A DNA stretch of 64,000 nt, taken from the IMG/VR virus record IMGVR_UViG_3300036546_000248, one strand, 5' to 3'. This document shows, in pieces, positions 9,547 to 20,512 of the stretch. Position numbers and translations under genes: made by a program. Source of the stretch: a virus (taxonomy: Duplodnaviria > Caudoviricetes). Every line of letters begins with the position of its first letter. The stretch's first letter is position 1. The notes beneath the pieces were generated by a model, which was not told the origin of the DNA, did not search any database, and saw only the letters and a program-made list of their open reading frames with translations.

Positions 9547-11178
9547 TTAGTCGCCCGTCATGTTCTTCAACACCAACGTGATAGTGTCAACATCACACCC
9601 GGCTTTGAACCCCCCACGAGGATCGAGGTAAGCCGCCGTGCTATCGAGATAACGGTCCAGCTCAGCAATGGCCTCGTCGCTGTACACGATGGTGGCAGAA
9701 GCGGTGTCACCGTCGTAGTCGGCTGCAAGACCGGCCAATCGACTGGGGTGGATCACTTGAGAATCCACAAAGGCTTCAGGTTTACGGGTAGGGAACTCCA
9801 AGGCTTTAAATTCTTCACCTTTGAGTTGCCAGTCATCACCCAACTCGTAACGCACCTCACCGACGATGGTCGTTTTACAGTACACATGCGAAGGATAGGT
9901 CGAGCCAATACCGGCTACCGGATAACGCGTGACGATCGCCTTTAGCGTGTTCCAACGACGATACCCGCAAAGGTAGAACAGATGGACGTACGTCAATGGT
10001 TCTACGTACTGACGATCCAAGTGTTCAGGGAGTTCACGGATGTCACCGAAGATCTTAAACGTTTTGTCAGGACCGATGTAAATCAGACCCAAATAACGTC
10101 CTTCAATCTTGATGGGTTTAAAACGGATGTTGGGGTTACGAAAGCCTTCCACCAACTTTTCCAGTCCTTCGACGGTGACCCACTTGTCACGAACGTCCAA
10201 GGGGAGGTCAACGATGTCTTGTTGCAGGGTCTTGGGGTCGATCAAACGAGCACTGGTACCAGACCCGCCTACACCAAAGACCTCACCCAACCAACCATTA
10301 CGCAGTTGGTAGATGGTGACCGGCAGTGCCCCTTTCATCACTTGGAACAAGCCAATGATGCTGTCGTTAAATCCGGGAGCATTTTCAGCATCCAGATCGG
10401 CGACCGAGGTGTCCATTGCCGAGATTACGTTACGTGTCCCGTTGAAGACGCGCCGACTGCCAAACTTCTCCTGAAAGAAGCCTTTCTTGCCCGTAATCAT
10501 TTGTGAGATCGTGTCGTAGATCTCATTGAAACTTTGTTGTATGGATTTACGACTGTTGTCAAAAATGGGGGACAACTCAGCCCCTTCGGCACTGACCAGT
10601 ACCTTAGAAGCACCCAAGATCTTGCGATAGATGTCATTGATCTCGTCTTGGGTACCCCGACCCGATGCATCGATGACAAAGTCACGCAAACCGGCAGGCA
10701 ACACCAGGATCTTATTGATCGTGGCCACCTTGCGGTATTTCTCGATCATCTTGATTCGTTCGGTTCGAATCGGTGACTTCGAATCTTTGAATTTGATTTT
10801 GTGCCAGTGGGTTAAAAAGAATGCGTAGCCTGTTTCGCCATCCAGTTCAGTGGCGGCTTCAAAGTCAGCTTCTTGGGCATTCCAGGTGGCATAACGCGTA
10901 CCGGACATGATGTCACGGTACAAGGCTTTGAGTTGACACAGAGCACGAAAGATCGTGGGGTGGAAGACCGTCACTACAGCGTCGATGTAACCAAAACGCT
11001 GGTCGCGCAGCTCGTCACCGACCCGCCCGAAAGTTTGGACACTGAACAACCCGTCCTCGTGGAAATTGCCACTGATGCCATCGTAGATGTCAGGGGATTT
11101 CACTGGGCGAATCTTGGCCAACTTTTCCGGCGTCAGCTCCATGATGGAGACGTTAAAAGGAATGGAACTATTTTTCAC
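9547..11178 (-). CDS. virion RNA polymerase beta-prime subunit, N-terminal/catalytic part (phiKZ gp180-like)
   Basis: catalytic ADYDGD (NADFDGD equivalent); EDGLFSVQTFG and KKGFFQEKFGSRRV motifs. Confidence 0.93.
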   Translation of the reverse strand: MKNSSIPFNVSIMELTPEKLAKIRPVKSPDIYDGISGNFHEDGLFSVQTFGRVGDELRDQRFGYIDAVVTVFHPTIFRALCQLKALYRDIMSGTRYATWNAQEADFEAATELDGETGYAFFLTHWHKIKFKDSKSPIRTERIKMIEKYRKVATINKILVLPAGLRDFVIDASGRGTQDEINDIYRKILGASKVLVSAEGAELSPIFDNSRKSIQQSFNEIYDTISQMITGKKGFFQEKFGSRRVFNGTRNVISAMDTSVADLDAENAPGFNDSIIGLFQVMKGALPVTIYQLRNGWLGEVFGVGGSGTSARLIDPKTLQQDIVDLPLDVRDKWVTVEGLEKLVEGFRNPNIRFKPIKIEGRYLGLIYIGPDKTFKIFGDIRELPEHLDRQYVEPLTYVHLFYLCGYRRWNTLKAIVTRYPVAGIGSTYPSHVYCKTTIVGEVRYELGDDWQLKGEEFKALEFPTRKPEAFVDSQVIHPSRLAGLAADYDGDTASATIVYSDEAIAELDRYLDSTAAYLDPRGGFKAGCDVDTITLVLKNMTGD

Positions 11179-11233
11179 GGTGACCGCTCCGAAAATGATA
11201 TGATCAATTTAAACCCTGAGAGTGGAGTCCAGC

Positions 11234-14200
11234 ATGGCTAAGGACAAGGACCTCGATTTCGACGATGATTTCGACGATTTCGACTTCGGGGCAGATGGCG
11301 ATTTTGGTACGCCTCCGCCTACCGATGATAGAAAACCTATCACCAAGGTCGCGACCTCCTTCCTAGGGGGTGTGGCTGATGAATTCACCAACCCAACCAC
11401 CGTTAAGCGCCTCACTCTGGAGTCCCTGCCGGACGGCTATTCAAAAGCCGACAATCTGCTGGGAGAAGTAGCGGGAGCTGGACGTGATCTATACAATACC
11501 ACCATTACCGAACTGAAACCGGTAATCAATGACGCCAAGCGTGTAGCACGGCGTGCATTGCCTGGGGTGAAGAATCTTCTGCCTGAAAAGCTGGCCAAAA
11601 AGCTTGAAAAGTTAACCGAGGACGACCAAGCAGGTGGGCTTAATGCCCAACAGTCTCGTGAAGCGGCTGTTCAGTCTGAGGTGGCCAGTGTCTTCGGTGC
11701 GGTGGCCGAACAGGACCAAGAAGACCGCATTATCGATAAAGCCGAAAAGGCTCGGGAGAAGGTTGAAGATCGTAAGAAGTTCAAACTGGAAATTGATGCA
11801 TTATCATCGATCCACAGTGGGATCTCTCGCTTAGTCACGTACCAAGACCAAGTCACTGCCAAGTACCAGCGCAAGTCGTTGGAGTTGGCGTACCTGCAAT
11901 ACTACACCTTAAAAGACACCTTCGAGTTGCATAGGGCAGCCACCCGTGAAACCAAAACACAACTCGACGTCATCGCTAAAAACACGGCGTTGCCGGAATA
12001 CCAGAAGACGACGTTGGGTGAGGCAGCCGGTCAGCATTTCCGTGACCGTTTGTTGAGCGCCACACAGGCTCGGGTGAAAGATGTTGCTGGGAAGTATTTT
12101 GGTAAGTACAAAGACAACCTGGTTAAGAATGTCAAGGGCCATCTGAGCAACTTCAAGGAAGGGGCATTAGGTGCATTGTCGGGCGCTGAAATGGCGATCG
12201 ACATGCAAGAACAGATGGAAGAAATGGGTGAGCGTTCTGACCCCTACAAGGCAGGCGGTCGAATGGCCGGCTCCGTGGCAGGGAATTGGGTGGGTGGTAA
12301 GCTTGCCAAACTCCTCAAGCCTATTTTGGGCGACATGGATAAAGTCAAACGGGGTGGGGCTTACTTAGAATACGGGGTGGATAACTTCCCCGGATTGGTC
12401 GAACAGTTGGTCCGTAGCGATAAAGGCGAGAACACAAAGTTTGAGTGGGTCAACAACGCCGTTCGGTGGCTGAAAGAACAAGCTCCTAATGAGTTGGACG
12501 ATCCGCTACTTGACAGTAAAAAGGAAACTGACCTGACTAAGGCGAACGATGCGGTGGCATTCAGTCACGCAGCACGTAAGTCTTTGACAGACATCATTCC
12601 AGGCTTCCTGTCTCGTATTCACCATGAGTTGGCTATCATCCGTACGGGTGATCCAACCATCGCTCGGATTGATTACGATCTGCGTGACGGTTCATTCCGT
12701 GACACCGGATCAATCACCAAGAACCTCGTAGGGTCTTTGTTCTCTAAAGACAACTTCGAGAAAACACACGAAAGTACCGATGCTTTGATCAACGACCTGA
12801 CCGGAGGAGACGATAGCAAACTGTCTCCCGAGGCCCGCAAAGCATTGAAACGACGGATGATCTCCGAAGCTTCACGGTTAACAGGTCACTATGATGCCAA
12901 GAAGTTTTATGACGTTGACGGGTGGGATGAAGAAGGGCTGTCTGATGAAGACCGCATCGCCTTGTCCGACCTCTTCCTTGATTCTAAGGATGACATCCTA
13001 AAGCAGAATGCGCAATCTAAAAAGTTCCACCAGATCCGCGATTACCTCAACAACCCGGCCGATGCCGTTAAAGCGTTGTCGATGCAAGCGGGTGCGTTGG
13101 AACATATGCGTCGGGCGGGCTTAGTGACAGGGGAGAATGAAGACCGCAAGGTTAACTTCGACCGTATCACCGAGATGCTCGTCCAAGGAGGCTTTGGTGA
13201 TAAATTTGATCAAGCAGATGGCGATCCTCGTATCGCTTCTAATCTGTTTGGTCCTGTTGGCCCTGGTGGAGGGAACTCTGGCAGTGGTTTCAATTCCTCT
13301 GGCAGTAATCGGAGCACTACTCCAAAGTCTGCGGCCGAAATAAAGGCGAAGGTGGAAGAGTGTGTTTGTGGTGATGAGTTTGATCGTCTGATCCAAGCTG
13401 TTAAAGAAGGAAACGATCGCCTGGTGGCTGAAATCACCAAGTCTCACACCGAGAATGCACAACAGGCCGAACAGATTGCGCTGTTGGCCGGAATCTACGA
13501 ATACATGCAGTCAGGCCAGATGATGGTCTTCTCGGTAGACGGAACAGGTATGTTCCAGTCCATGAAGGATCGCATGGGTCGTGGGTTCAAAGGGTTGAAA
13601 AACCGCTTTAAAGGACTTAAAGATAATCGGTTGGTTAAAGGGGCGGGTAACCTGTTCGGCATGGCTAAGACGGGTGTGATGAACACCATTAAGTCACCGA
13701 TGTGGGCCGCTAACAAAGCCAAAGAAGGATTGAAGGCTGTTTGGAATAAAGCCACCGGTAAGTTCAACGACATCAAGGAACTTTATGTCCGAGGTGAGTT
13801 TGCAGCTAAACTGACTAAGGCAAAGTTAGATGCTAAGGAGTACTATGATGCCAAGACCGGCGAGCTGATCGAGAAGTGGGAGGATATCAAAGGTCCTGTT
13901 AAAGACAAGGCTGGAGAAATCGTTCTGTCTGCTGAAGACCTTGCCAAAGGGCTGTGGACCAACCATGGTAAACCGTGGAAGGAAAGCTTCTTTAAACGTG
14001 TTGGCAATGCTTGGCTCGGTGCTAAATCCTTGGCTAAGAAGCCGGGTGATCTGATCAAGGGTGTGTATCAAGGACTTAAGAGCTTTGGTAAGTCTGTTCG
14101 TGATGCGTTTAACAAACCGCGCGACATCTACATCCCTGGTCGTGAAGACCCAGTAATCCTTGCTTCGGTGATGCAAGCCGGTGGTTACCGCAATGCCGAT

Positions 14201-17200
14201 GGCAGTCCGATCAACAAGTGGACTGACATTAAAGGAACGGTATACGACCTTGAGGGCAACGTGGTGGTGTCGTTGGAGCTATTGGCCAAAGGCATGATGG
14301 ATTCGGCGGGTGAGAAACTCGAGTTGGCACGTGGCTTCTTGGGTACAGCAGTAGATGCTGCTAAGAAGTGGGGTGGTCGTGCTATCGACGGCGCTAAGCG
14401 TTTGGGTCGTGGTGCACTGAACATGGCTAAGGGTATCGGCGGCTTCCTCAAAGGAGGCTTTAAAGGTATCAGTAGTAAGTTCGGTAAGGGTGGCGGTTCG
14501 TCCGAGATGATGGAAGTGATCGGCGAATACCAAATCCTGTTGCTCGAAGAAATTCGGGATGGGGTACGTGACCTTAAGCCCAAGCGAGTCAAAGGCGATC
14601 TCAACGGCGACGGTACGCGTGACGGTTCTTGGGAAGCAATTCAAGCAAAGCGTCAAGCAACGCGAGATGCGAAGAAAAAGGACAAGCCAGAACCGAAAGA
14701 GAAGAAGGAAAAGAAAAGCGGTCTGATGGGGTTGTTGACTACTGCGGTTGGATTGTTAGCAGGCATCCCTGCAACGCTCTCCAACGGTATCAGTAAGTTG
14801 GGCGAGATCCTCGCTCAGAAAGCAATGCTCAAAGGGGCGGCTGATGTATTGAGTAGCGGTGCTGATCTGCCTGACGGTCGTCGTCGACCAGGTCGTGGTG
14901 GTAAGCTCGGTCGTTTTGCACGCGGTGCTTGGACGGCTGCTAAGACGGTTGGTCGAGTTGGTTTGCATGCGGGTCGCTTTGCCCTGATGGGTGGCGGTGC
15001 CATGTTGGGTGGTTTGGCCAGTGGTGCAGCAGCGGTAGGTTCGGCGGTGTTGGGTGCTTTGAGTGCACCGGTTGTCTTGGGTGCTGCGGCCGTGGCTGCT
15101 GTGGGCTTTGGAGCATGGTGGTTGTATAAACGTCACAAGCGTAATCAACGAGGTGGTTTGCTGAAATTGCGTATGGCGCAATACGGTTTTGCCATCGATG
15201 ACCATGACAACATCGACAAACTTCTTGCGTTCGAAGACTTGGTGAAACCTGCAGTCAAGTCGCGAGGAGGAGAGCCACTGATTGACTTCCAAATGTTGGA
15301 GGTTGAGAAGATCCGCGAAATGTTCAATATTAAGGAAGATGACCAAGACGGCTTCCAACGATTCGCTCGTTGGTGTGATACCCGGTTCACACCGGTGTAC
15401 CTGTCTCATGATGCAGCAACGAAGAAATTCTCCCCCACCGGTAAGATGGAAGAGAACGATGAGAAGCTGTCTGTTGAGGACAAGCTGAAGTATCTCGAAG
15501 TGGTTAAGCTACCCAGCGACGACGCTTACGAGTTCTTGGATCACCCAATGGAAGATGGTCGTCTGGCCATGAGTACCGATCAGATCCAAGCGATCTTCAC
15601 CGAACTCAAAAACGAGTACGAGAAAGAGGTGGGTCAAAATGCTAAACCTGAAGCAGCAGCAGCCGGCGGTGCAGCGGCAGCAGCAGCGGCTACAGGGGCA
15701 GCGAAGGAGGAACCGGGTTTCTTGGCCAAAGCTTTCAATTCGGCCAAAGACACGGCGATGACCATCCTCAAGTATCATCCCATGGTGATGTTGTCAAACG
15801 TTGCTACTAAAGCGGCTGAGAAGATTGTAGGGTTGGGTAAATCGTTGTTTGAATGGGTCAAAGGAAAGTTCTTTACGGACGAGTACAAAGTCCCGCCCAT
15901 CCTCAATCGTGAAATCGATCCACTGACCAGTATTCGTTATCGCCTCTACGGTTTGTCAGTGATGGAGTACGCCAAAGCCGTTCCGCTCTCGCGGTTGGAA
16001 GAGGCGCTGATCAAGGACATCGGTTACAGCGGTAAAGGTCAGGCTAAGTGGGACGGTGATGCCAAGTCGCTGTTTAAACAAGTCGGAGGATTGTTTGTAA
16101 CCAACACCGAATCTGAAGAAGTCATGAAGATGTGGTGTGCCTGGTTCACCAAACGTTTCTTACCAGTATTCCTGTCGTTCTTGACAGCAGTACGTGGGTT
16201 TGCTAAGAATGGTAACCCGTTCGAAGCTTACGAGCGATTCTCGGCGCCACAATCGCTTGAGATTGCTCGCTTCATGGCCCGTGCCGTCAGTAACCCTGAC
16301 GATAAGCCAGAAGAGCAGGTCTCGGTTTGGATGATTGCAGACATCCCTTACGATAAACACGAACCTAACATGGACCCTGCGTCGATCACGCCATTCTTGG
16401 CAATGCTTGAAGACGATGCCCGTGTAGCCATTCTCGCTGAGAAGCGTAATGCAAACAAAGGTACCACAGGTGCTCCAACCAGTGCACAAACCACCGGCGG
16501 TAACGCTAACCTTGCTGCTGCACGTGCGGTAAACAACCCGAATGCCACCTACGCATCACCACTCCAACGGGCGATGTACAGCTCTGCACCCGTGTCAACG
16601 GAAGTGGGGCGAACGGGCGGCGGGATGCGTGTGGCTGCGATGGAAGCGCAGGGTGGTGTGTGGTCTACGTTGCCGGGTGTAGCAGGTCCAGAAGGACAAT
16701 GGTCGTCGTATAAAGACTTGATTCTGGCAGCCTCTAAAATGGCGGGTGTTGACCCAGGGTTGATGGCCACCATGGCGGGGGTAGAGTCTACTTTCCGTGG
16801 TCGTGTATCGGCGGCTGTAGGCAGTGCCAAAGGCCTGTACCAGTTCATGCCCGATACCTGGAAAGAGATGCTTAAGAAGTACGGGAAGAAGTACGGTCTC
16901 CCTGAAGATGCCGACATTCTTGATCCGCGTGCAAACGCGTTGATGGGTGCTGAGTATCTGAAGGAAAACGCCAGGGGTATTAAACAATCCTTCGGTCGCG
17001 AGGCTACCGACATCGACCTGTATCTGTCGCACTTCTTAGGACCTGGCGATGTGAAGAAATTCCTCAACGCCAACCCGAATGAAATTGCGGCTAAAGTCTT
17101 GCCGGCGCCAGCTAAGTACAATGAAGGGATTTTCTTTAGCAAGGATGGTAAAGCGCGTACGATTGCACAGGTGCATGCTGAAGTCGATTCTAGGATGTCT

Positions 17201-18421
17201 AACTGGCGGAAAACGGCCGGTCAAGATGCGAGGGAAGCAGCCGGAATGGGTCCGCTGGAAACGTTGGCTTCAACACCAATGTTGCCAGGGATTACGTCAC
17301 CGACCTCGATGGGTGGTGAACAAGCACCCACTGTCCTTCAATCCGTGACCACGGTTCCAAGTGCCTCTACCCCTGCGGCTAATCAACAGGGTCCGATCGG
17401 TATCTTGAAACCTGACCAAGGAACAGCGGTACCGGGTCCTGTAGGTGGTTATACTGCGGGTCCGAAGCCGGTGAACCCCACCGTCAATGCGACACAAGCC
17501 AAGGATGCAGGTCAGGTCATGTTGATGCGTGAGGCATCGCAAGATGACGGTACGTATGGCATCCTGACTCTTCCGGATGGTTCGACTTTCCACACACTGG
17601 AACTCCCGTGGCTTAACAATGAAACGGGTAAGTCCTGTATCCCACCGGGTACGTACAAAGCGGAAATGCGCGATTCGCCGAAGTTCGGTCCGGTCTATGA
17701 AGTCAAAGGTGTACCTAACCGGTCAGCGATCCTGATCCATGCGGGTAACACAGCAGGCAACGTAGACCGGGGTCTGAAATCGGACGTCCAAGGCTGTATC
17801 CTACTGGGTCTGAGTCGTGGTCGTATCAGCAACCAAAGTGCGGTACTTGAAAGTAAACCTGCGTTGGCATCATTCATGCAGAAGATGGGCGGTCGTCCAT
17901 TCACGCTGAATATCGTAGGGGCTGCTCAAGACACCAGCCAAGCACCTGTTCCAACCGAAACTGTAACACCTGTGACAGCACCTGTGGTAGCACCCGGACT
18001 GAAGCCTGCGGGCAGCGTTCCTGGTGTCTCACTGAATGCTACGATGGAAGTTCCTAACCTGCTAGCACCACCGTCTCCGGCTAATGTTACACCAGAGTCG
18101 GTAGTTGAGAAACAGCGTCAAAATGCTCAGCAGGCAGCGAACACCCAGCGTCAATCGACTGAGGTGTCCAAGAAGACCCAAGCCAATACTGCAGCCGTTG
18201 AAACTTTGATGAATCAGCAGCTTCAGGTGCAAATGTCTATGGATGCAAGCCTTAAGAACATTGACGTCGGAATCCAACAGCTGGCACAAACGATGAGCGG
18301 GTTCGGTCAAGGCCAACAGCCTGAAGCTAAACCTTCGACGTCGTCGCCAACACCCAAGCGTGCTGAAGCCACCAAGGCCACGCTCGCTCCTGTTCGGTTC
18401 CATCGTCGCAACAGTGGTTAA
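11234..18421 (+). CDS. giant tail protein / tape-measure-like with SLT lytic transglycosylase and DUF5675/YkuD-like domain (phiKZ gp181-like)
   Basis: about 2395 aa; SLT motifs GVDPGLMATMAGVES, AKGLYQFMPDTW, YLSHFLG at ~16710-17200; ILIHAGN..GCILLG at ~17510-17915; start placed at ATG 11234 behind a GGAG RBS. Confidence 0.88.
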   Translation: MAKDKDLDFDDDFDDFDFGADGDFGTPPPTDDRKPITKVATSFLGGVADEFTNPTTVKRLTLESLPDGYSKADNLLGEVAGAGRDLYNTTITELKPVINDAKRVARRALPGVKNLLPEKLAKKLEKLTEDDQAGGLNAQQSREAAVQSEVASVFGAVAEQDQEDRIIDKAEKAREKVEDRKKFKLEIDALSSIHSGISRLVTYQDQVTAKYQRKSLELAYLQYYTLKDTFELHRAATRETKTQLDVIAKNTALPEYQKTTLGEAAGQHFRDRLLSATQARVKDVAGKYFGKYKDNLVKNVKGHLSNFKEGALGALSGAEMAIDMQEQMEEMGERSDPYKAGGRMAGSVAGNWVGGKLAKLLKPILGDMDKVKRGGAYLEYGVDNFPGLVEQLVRSDKGENTKFEWVNNAVRWLKEQAPNELDDPLLDSKKETDLTKANDAVAFSHAARKSLTDIIPGFLSRIHHELAIIRTGDPTIARIDYDLRDGSFRDTGSITKNLVGSLFSKDNFEKTHESTDALINDLTGGDDSKLSPEARKALKRRMISEASRLTGHYDAKKFYDVDGWDEEGLSDEDRIALSDLFLDSKDDILKQNAQSKKFHQIRDYLNNPADAVKALSMQAGALEHMRRAGLVTGENEDRKVNFDRITEMLVQGGFGDKFDQADGDPRIASNLFGPVGPGGGNSGSGFNSSGSNRSTTPKSAAEIKAKVEECVCGDEFDRLIQAVKEGNDRLVAEITKSHTENAQQAEQIALLAGIYEYMQSGQMMVFSVDGTGMFQSMKDRMGRGFKGLKNRFKGLKDNRLVKGAGNLFGMAKTGVMNTIKSPMWAANKAKEGLKAVWNKATGKFNDIKELYVRGEFAAKLTKAKLDAKEYYDAKTGELIEKWEDIKGPVKDKAGEIVLSAEDLAKGLWTNHGKPWKESFFKRVGNAWLGAKSLAKKPGDLIKGVYQGLKSFGKSVRDAFNKPRDIYIPGREDPVILASVMQAGGYRNADGSPINKWTDIKGTVYDLEGNVVVSLELLAKGMMDSAGEKLELARGFLGTAVDAAKKWGGRAIDGAKRLGRGALNMAKGIGGFLKGGFKGISSKFGKGGGSSEMMEVIGEYQILLLEEIRDGVRDLKPKRVKGDLNGDGTRDGSWEAIQAKRQATRDAKKKDKPEPKEKKEKKSGLMGLLTTAVGLLAGIPATLSNGISKLGEILAQKAMLKGAADVLSSGADLPDGRRRPGRGGKLGRFARGAWTAAKTVGRVGLHAGRFALMGGGAMLGGLASGAAAVGSAVLGALSAPVVLGAAAVAAVGFGAWWLYKRHKRNQRGGLLKLRMAQYGFAIDDHDNIDKLLAFEDLVKPAVKSRGGEPLIDFQMLEVEKIREMFNIKEDDQDGFQRFARWCDTRFTPVYLSHDAATKKFSPTGKMEENDEKLSVEDKLKYLEVVKLPSDDAYEFLDHPMEDGRLAMSTDQIQAIFTELKNEYEKEVGQNAKPEAAAAGGAAAAAAATGAAKEEPGFLAKAFNSAKDTAMTILKYHPMVMLSNVATKAAEKIVGLGKSLFEWVKGKFFTDEYKVPPILNREIDPLTSIRYRLYGLSVMEYAKAVPLSRLEEALIKDIGYSGKGQAKWDGDAKSLFKQVGGLFVTNTESEEVMKMWCAWFTKRFLPVFLSFLTAVRGFAKNGNPFEAYERFSAPQSLEIARFMARAVSNPDDKPEEQVSVWMIADIPYDKHEPNMDPASITPFLAMLEDDARVAILAEKRNANKGTTGAPTSAQTTGGNANLAAARAVNNPNATYASPLQRAMYSSAPVSTEVGRTGGGMRVAAMEAQGGVWSTLPGVAGPEGQWSSYKDLILAASKMAGVDPGLMATMAGVESTFRGRVSAAVGSAKGLYQFMPDTWKEMLKKYGKKYGLPEDADILDPRANALMGAEYLKENARGIKQSFGREATDIDLYLSHFLGPGDVKKFLNANPNEIAAKVLPAPAKYNEGIFFSKDGKARTIAQVHAEVDSRMSNWRKTAGQDAREAAGMGPLETLASTPMLPGITSPTSMGGEQAPTVLQSVTTVPSASTPAANQQGPIGILKPDQGTAVPGPVGGYTAGPKPVNPTVNATQAKDAGQVMLMREASQDDGTYGILTLPDGSTFHTLELPWLNNETGKSCIPPGTYKAEMRDSPKFGPVYEVKGVPNRSAILIHAGNTAGNVDRGLKSDVQGCILLGLSRGRISNQSAVLESKPALASFMQKMGGRPFTLNIVGAAQDTSQAPVPTETVTPVTAPVVAPGLKPAGSVPGVSLNATMEVPNLLAPPSPANVTPESVVEKQRQNAQQAANTQRQSTEVSKKTQANTAAVETLMNQQLQVQMSMDASLKNIDVGIQQLAQTMSGFGQGQQPEAKPSTSSPTPKRAEATKATLAPVRFHRRNSG

Positions 18422-18429
18422 CGGAAGTC

Positions 18430-18470
18430 TGGAGGGGAGGCGACTCCCCTCCATTCTTTTTTCTTTTTTA
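18430..18470 (+). terminator. canonical intrinsic terminator
   Basis: TGGAGGGGAG-GCGA-CTCCCCTCCA followed by a long T-tract. Confidence 0.85.
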
Positions 18471-18485
18471 GGTTGAGGTAAGTGT

Positions 18486-20468
18486 ATGTCGACTTCTCCT
18501 TTGCGTGACGTGGACTGGGTTCGACAGTCGTTCATGCTCCCCAAGCGCACGATCTCCAATTCGGATGCCCTGCGCCGCACATTGAGTGATGCACGGTTCA
18601 AATTTACCGACACCACCTTGGGGGGTAGTTTTGCGATTAACCCACCCTATCAATTCACACGCTTTGCTGATATTCCCGTACCCAGTCTCTTTGCCGGTTC
18701 GGCAGGACTTGGTCGCTACTACAGCGAAGCCATTGAGGACAACGCCCAGCTCATCCACATGCGCTTTGGTGTTCCTCAGTTCAACTCGTTGTTGAACTAC
18801 TTCTTCAATTTCTTCAACCCACAAGCTGCGCGTATGGCGCGTACGGGTCGAAGCTACGATCTGGCCTTCTCTTTAGGTAAGATCACAGGGACACTGTTCC
18901 CACTCCCGATTCAACTGTTCACCGCAGCAGGCGCTGCATTGAATTTTCTGATGGGGCGTGATACCTCGAAGTATTACTACCTCAAACCCACCATGCCGCT
19001 TTACTGGAACGCAGTGAACACCATTGCCAACGGTATCGCCGTGAACATGGGTCTGGTGCCACGCATCATGTCTAAAGCGGAGAAGTCCACTGTTAAAGGT
19101 GAACCTGAATACACCGCTGAGATTGGTCGTCGTTATCAACGTTTGAATCCTGAAGTCTGGCATGAAAGTGGCGAGATTGATATCTACTCACTGGCCTCTC
19201 GCGCACAACGCATTGCAAACGAACAACGTCGTGAGTTGAATAAGGCGTTGGAGACTGGGGAGAGTGCTGAAGCCGTTCAAGCCAAGATTCAATCGATGGT
19301 GGATGCTGGTCGATACACCGACACTAAACGTGCCTTCCAGTCCTACGAGGATTACCTCAAGTCGTGGCATTCGCTTAACGACCGGACTGAACAAGAAGAC
19401 GACGGTAGCGTGGACGTCATTGGTAAGAAAATGACGTTCAAAGAAAAGACCTTGAAGTTCTTCGAGGCTGAGTATGAAGACGGTACCCAGTTCGTTACCT
19501 TCCATGTGGAACACACAGGGACGGTATCGGAATCGTTCAGCAACAGTGCCACCGAACCTGAGATCTCCAGTAAGTTGAATGGGTTGTCTTCGGGTGCTCG
19601 TCAGGCACGCTTCAGCTCGGCGGACGGTCAAACAGGGATTGGCTTCATCGACGACATGTTGAAGATGGGTGGAGCGTTCATTGAAGGCATTGCCACCGCG
19701 GTGAACCTACAAGGGTTGCTCGCCTTCTCAGGTTCTGCAATTGCTGACATCCCCAAGATGTGGGACAGTTCTTCTGCGGACCTTCCGAAGTCGGACTACC
19801 AGATCAAATTGCGCACACCCTACGGAAATGATTACAGTCGTTTTACGGACCTGTTCATCCCGTTGAGTATGTTGTTGGCAGGTAGCCTTCCTATCTCCAC
19901 AGGTAAGCAATCCTACACCAGCCCGTTTCTCTGCGAGGTCTATGACAAAGGGCGTACACAAACCCGTTTGGGTATGATTCAGAATCTCCAGGTTAGTCGG
20001 GGTGAAGGTAACCTAGGTTGGACTCGTGACATGAAACCTTTGGGTATCAACGTCAGTTTCAGTGTGATGGATTTGTCTTCAATCATGCACATGCCGATCA
20101 CCGCAGGTTTCGATCTGAGTGATGCGGTGGAACTGGCCGGTGCTGCAGGGTTGGCTGCAAGGGCTGCTAACGCGACCAGCGTGGGTGGCGTTATTGGGCG
20201 TGCAGGTGGGGCATTGGGTCTGGCGGCAGGTACTGACTTTGCTAAGGGGTTTTTCGATTCGGACACAGTCTATTCGGATTACTTGGCAACGTTGGCGAGC
20301 CTGTCACTGACCGAGCAAGTGTACACCATGCAAAAACTGCGGATCAACATGACCCGTCAATTCAGCTCGATGAATACTTGGTTCTCGGCCTCTCACTTCA
20401 CCAACTGGGTGATGGGTAGTGCACCAGCACGTTTGATCTCGGCTAAAGCGGTCGGTATGAGTATGTGA
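18486..20468 (+). CDS. virion structural protein (phiKZ gp182-like, tail/baseplate)
   Basis: 660-aa ORF directly after the gp181-like gene; synteny. Confidence 0.75.
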   Translation: MSTSPLRDVDWVRQSFMLPKRTISNSDALRRTLSDARFKFTDTTLGGSFAINPPYQFTRFADIPVPSLFAGSAGLGRYYSEAIEDNAQLIHMRFGVPQFNSLLNYFFNFFNPQAARMARTGRSYDLAFSLGKITGTLFPLPIQLFTAAGAALNFLMGRDTSKYYYLKPTMPLYWNAVNTIANGIAVNMGLVPRIMSKAEKSTVKGEPEYTAEIGRRYQRLNPEVWHESGEIDIYSLASRAQRIANEQRRELNKALETGESAEAVQAKIQSMVDAGRYTDTKRAFQSYEDYLKSWHSLNDRTEQEDDGSVDVIGKKMTFKEKTLKFFEAEYEDGTQFVTFHVEHTGTVSESFSNSATEPEISSKLNGLSSGARQARFSSADGQTGIGFIDDMLKMGGAFIEGIATAVNLQGLLAFSGSAIADIPKMWDSSSADLPKSDYQIKLRTPYGNDYSRFTDLFIPLSMLLAGSLPISTGKQSYTSPFLCEVYDKGRTQTRLGMIQNLQVSRGEGNLGWTRDMKPLGINVSFSVMDLSSIMHMPITAGFDLSDAVELAGAAGLAARAANATSVGGVIGRAGGALGLAAGTDFAKGFFDSDTVYSDYLATLASLSLTEQVYTMQKLRINMTRQFSSMNTWFSASHFTNWVMGSAPARLISAKAVGMSM

Positions 20469-20512
20469 CGGCATACAGGGCGGGTCACCCCGCCCTGTAC
20501 GTTTTATGCCGT
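20467..20512. terminator. bidirectional hairpin with GACGGCATA / TATGCCGT arms
   Basis: ACAGGGCGGG-TCAC-CCCGCCCTGT between convergent genes; both stop codons overlap the outer arms. Confidence 0.75.
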
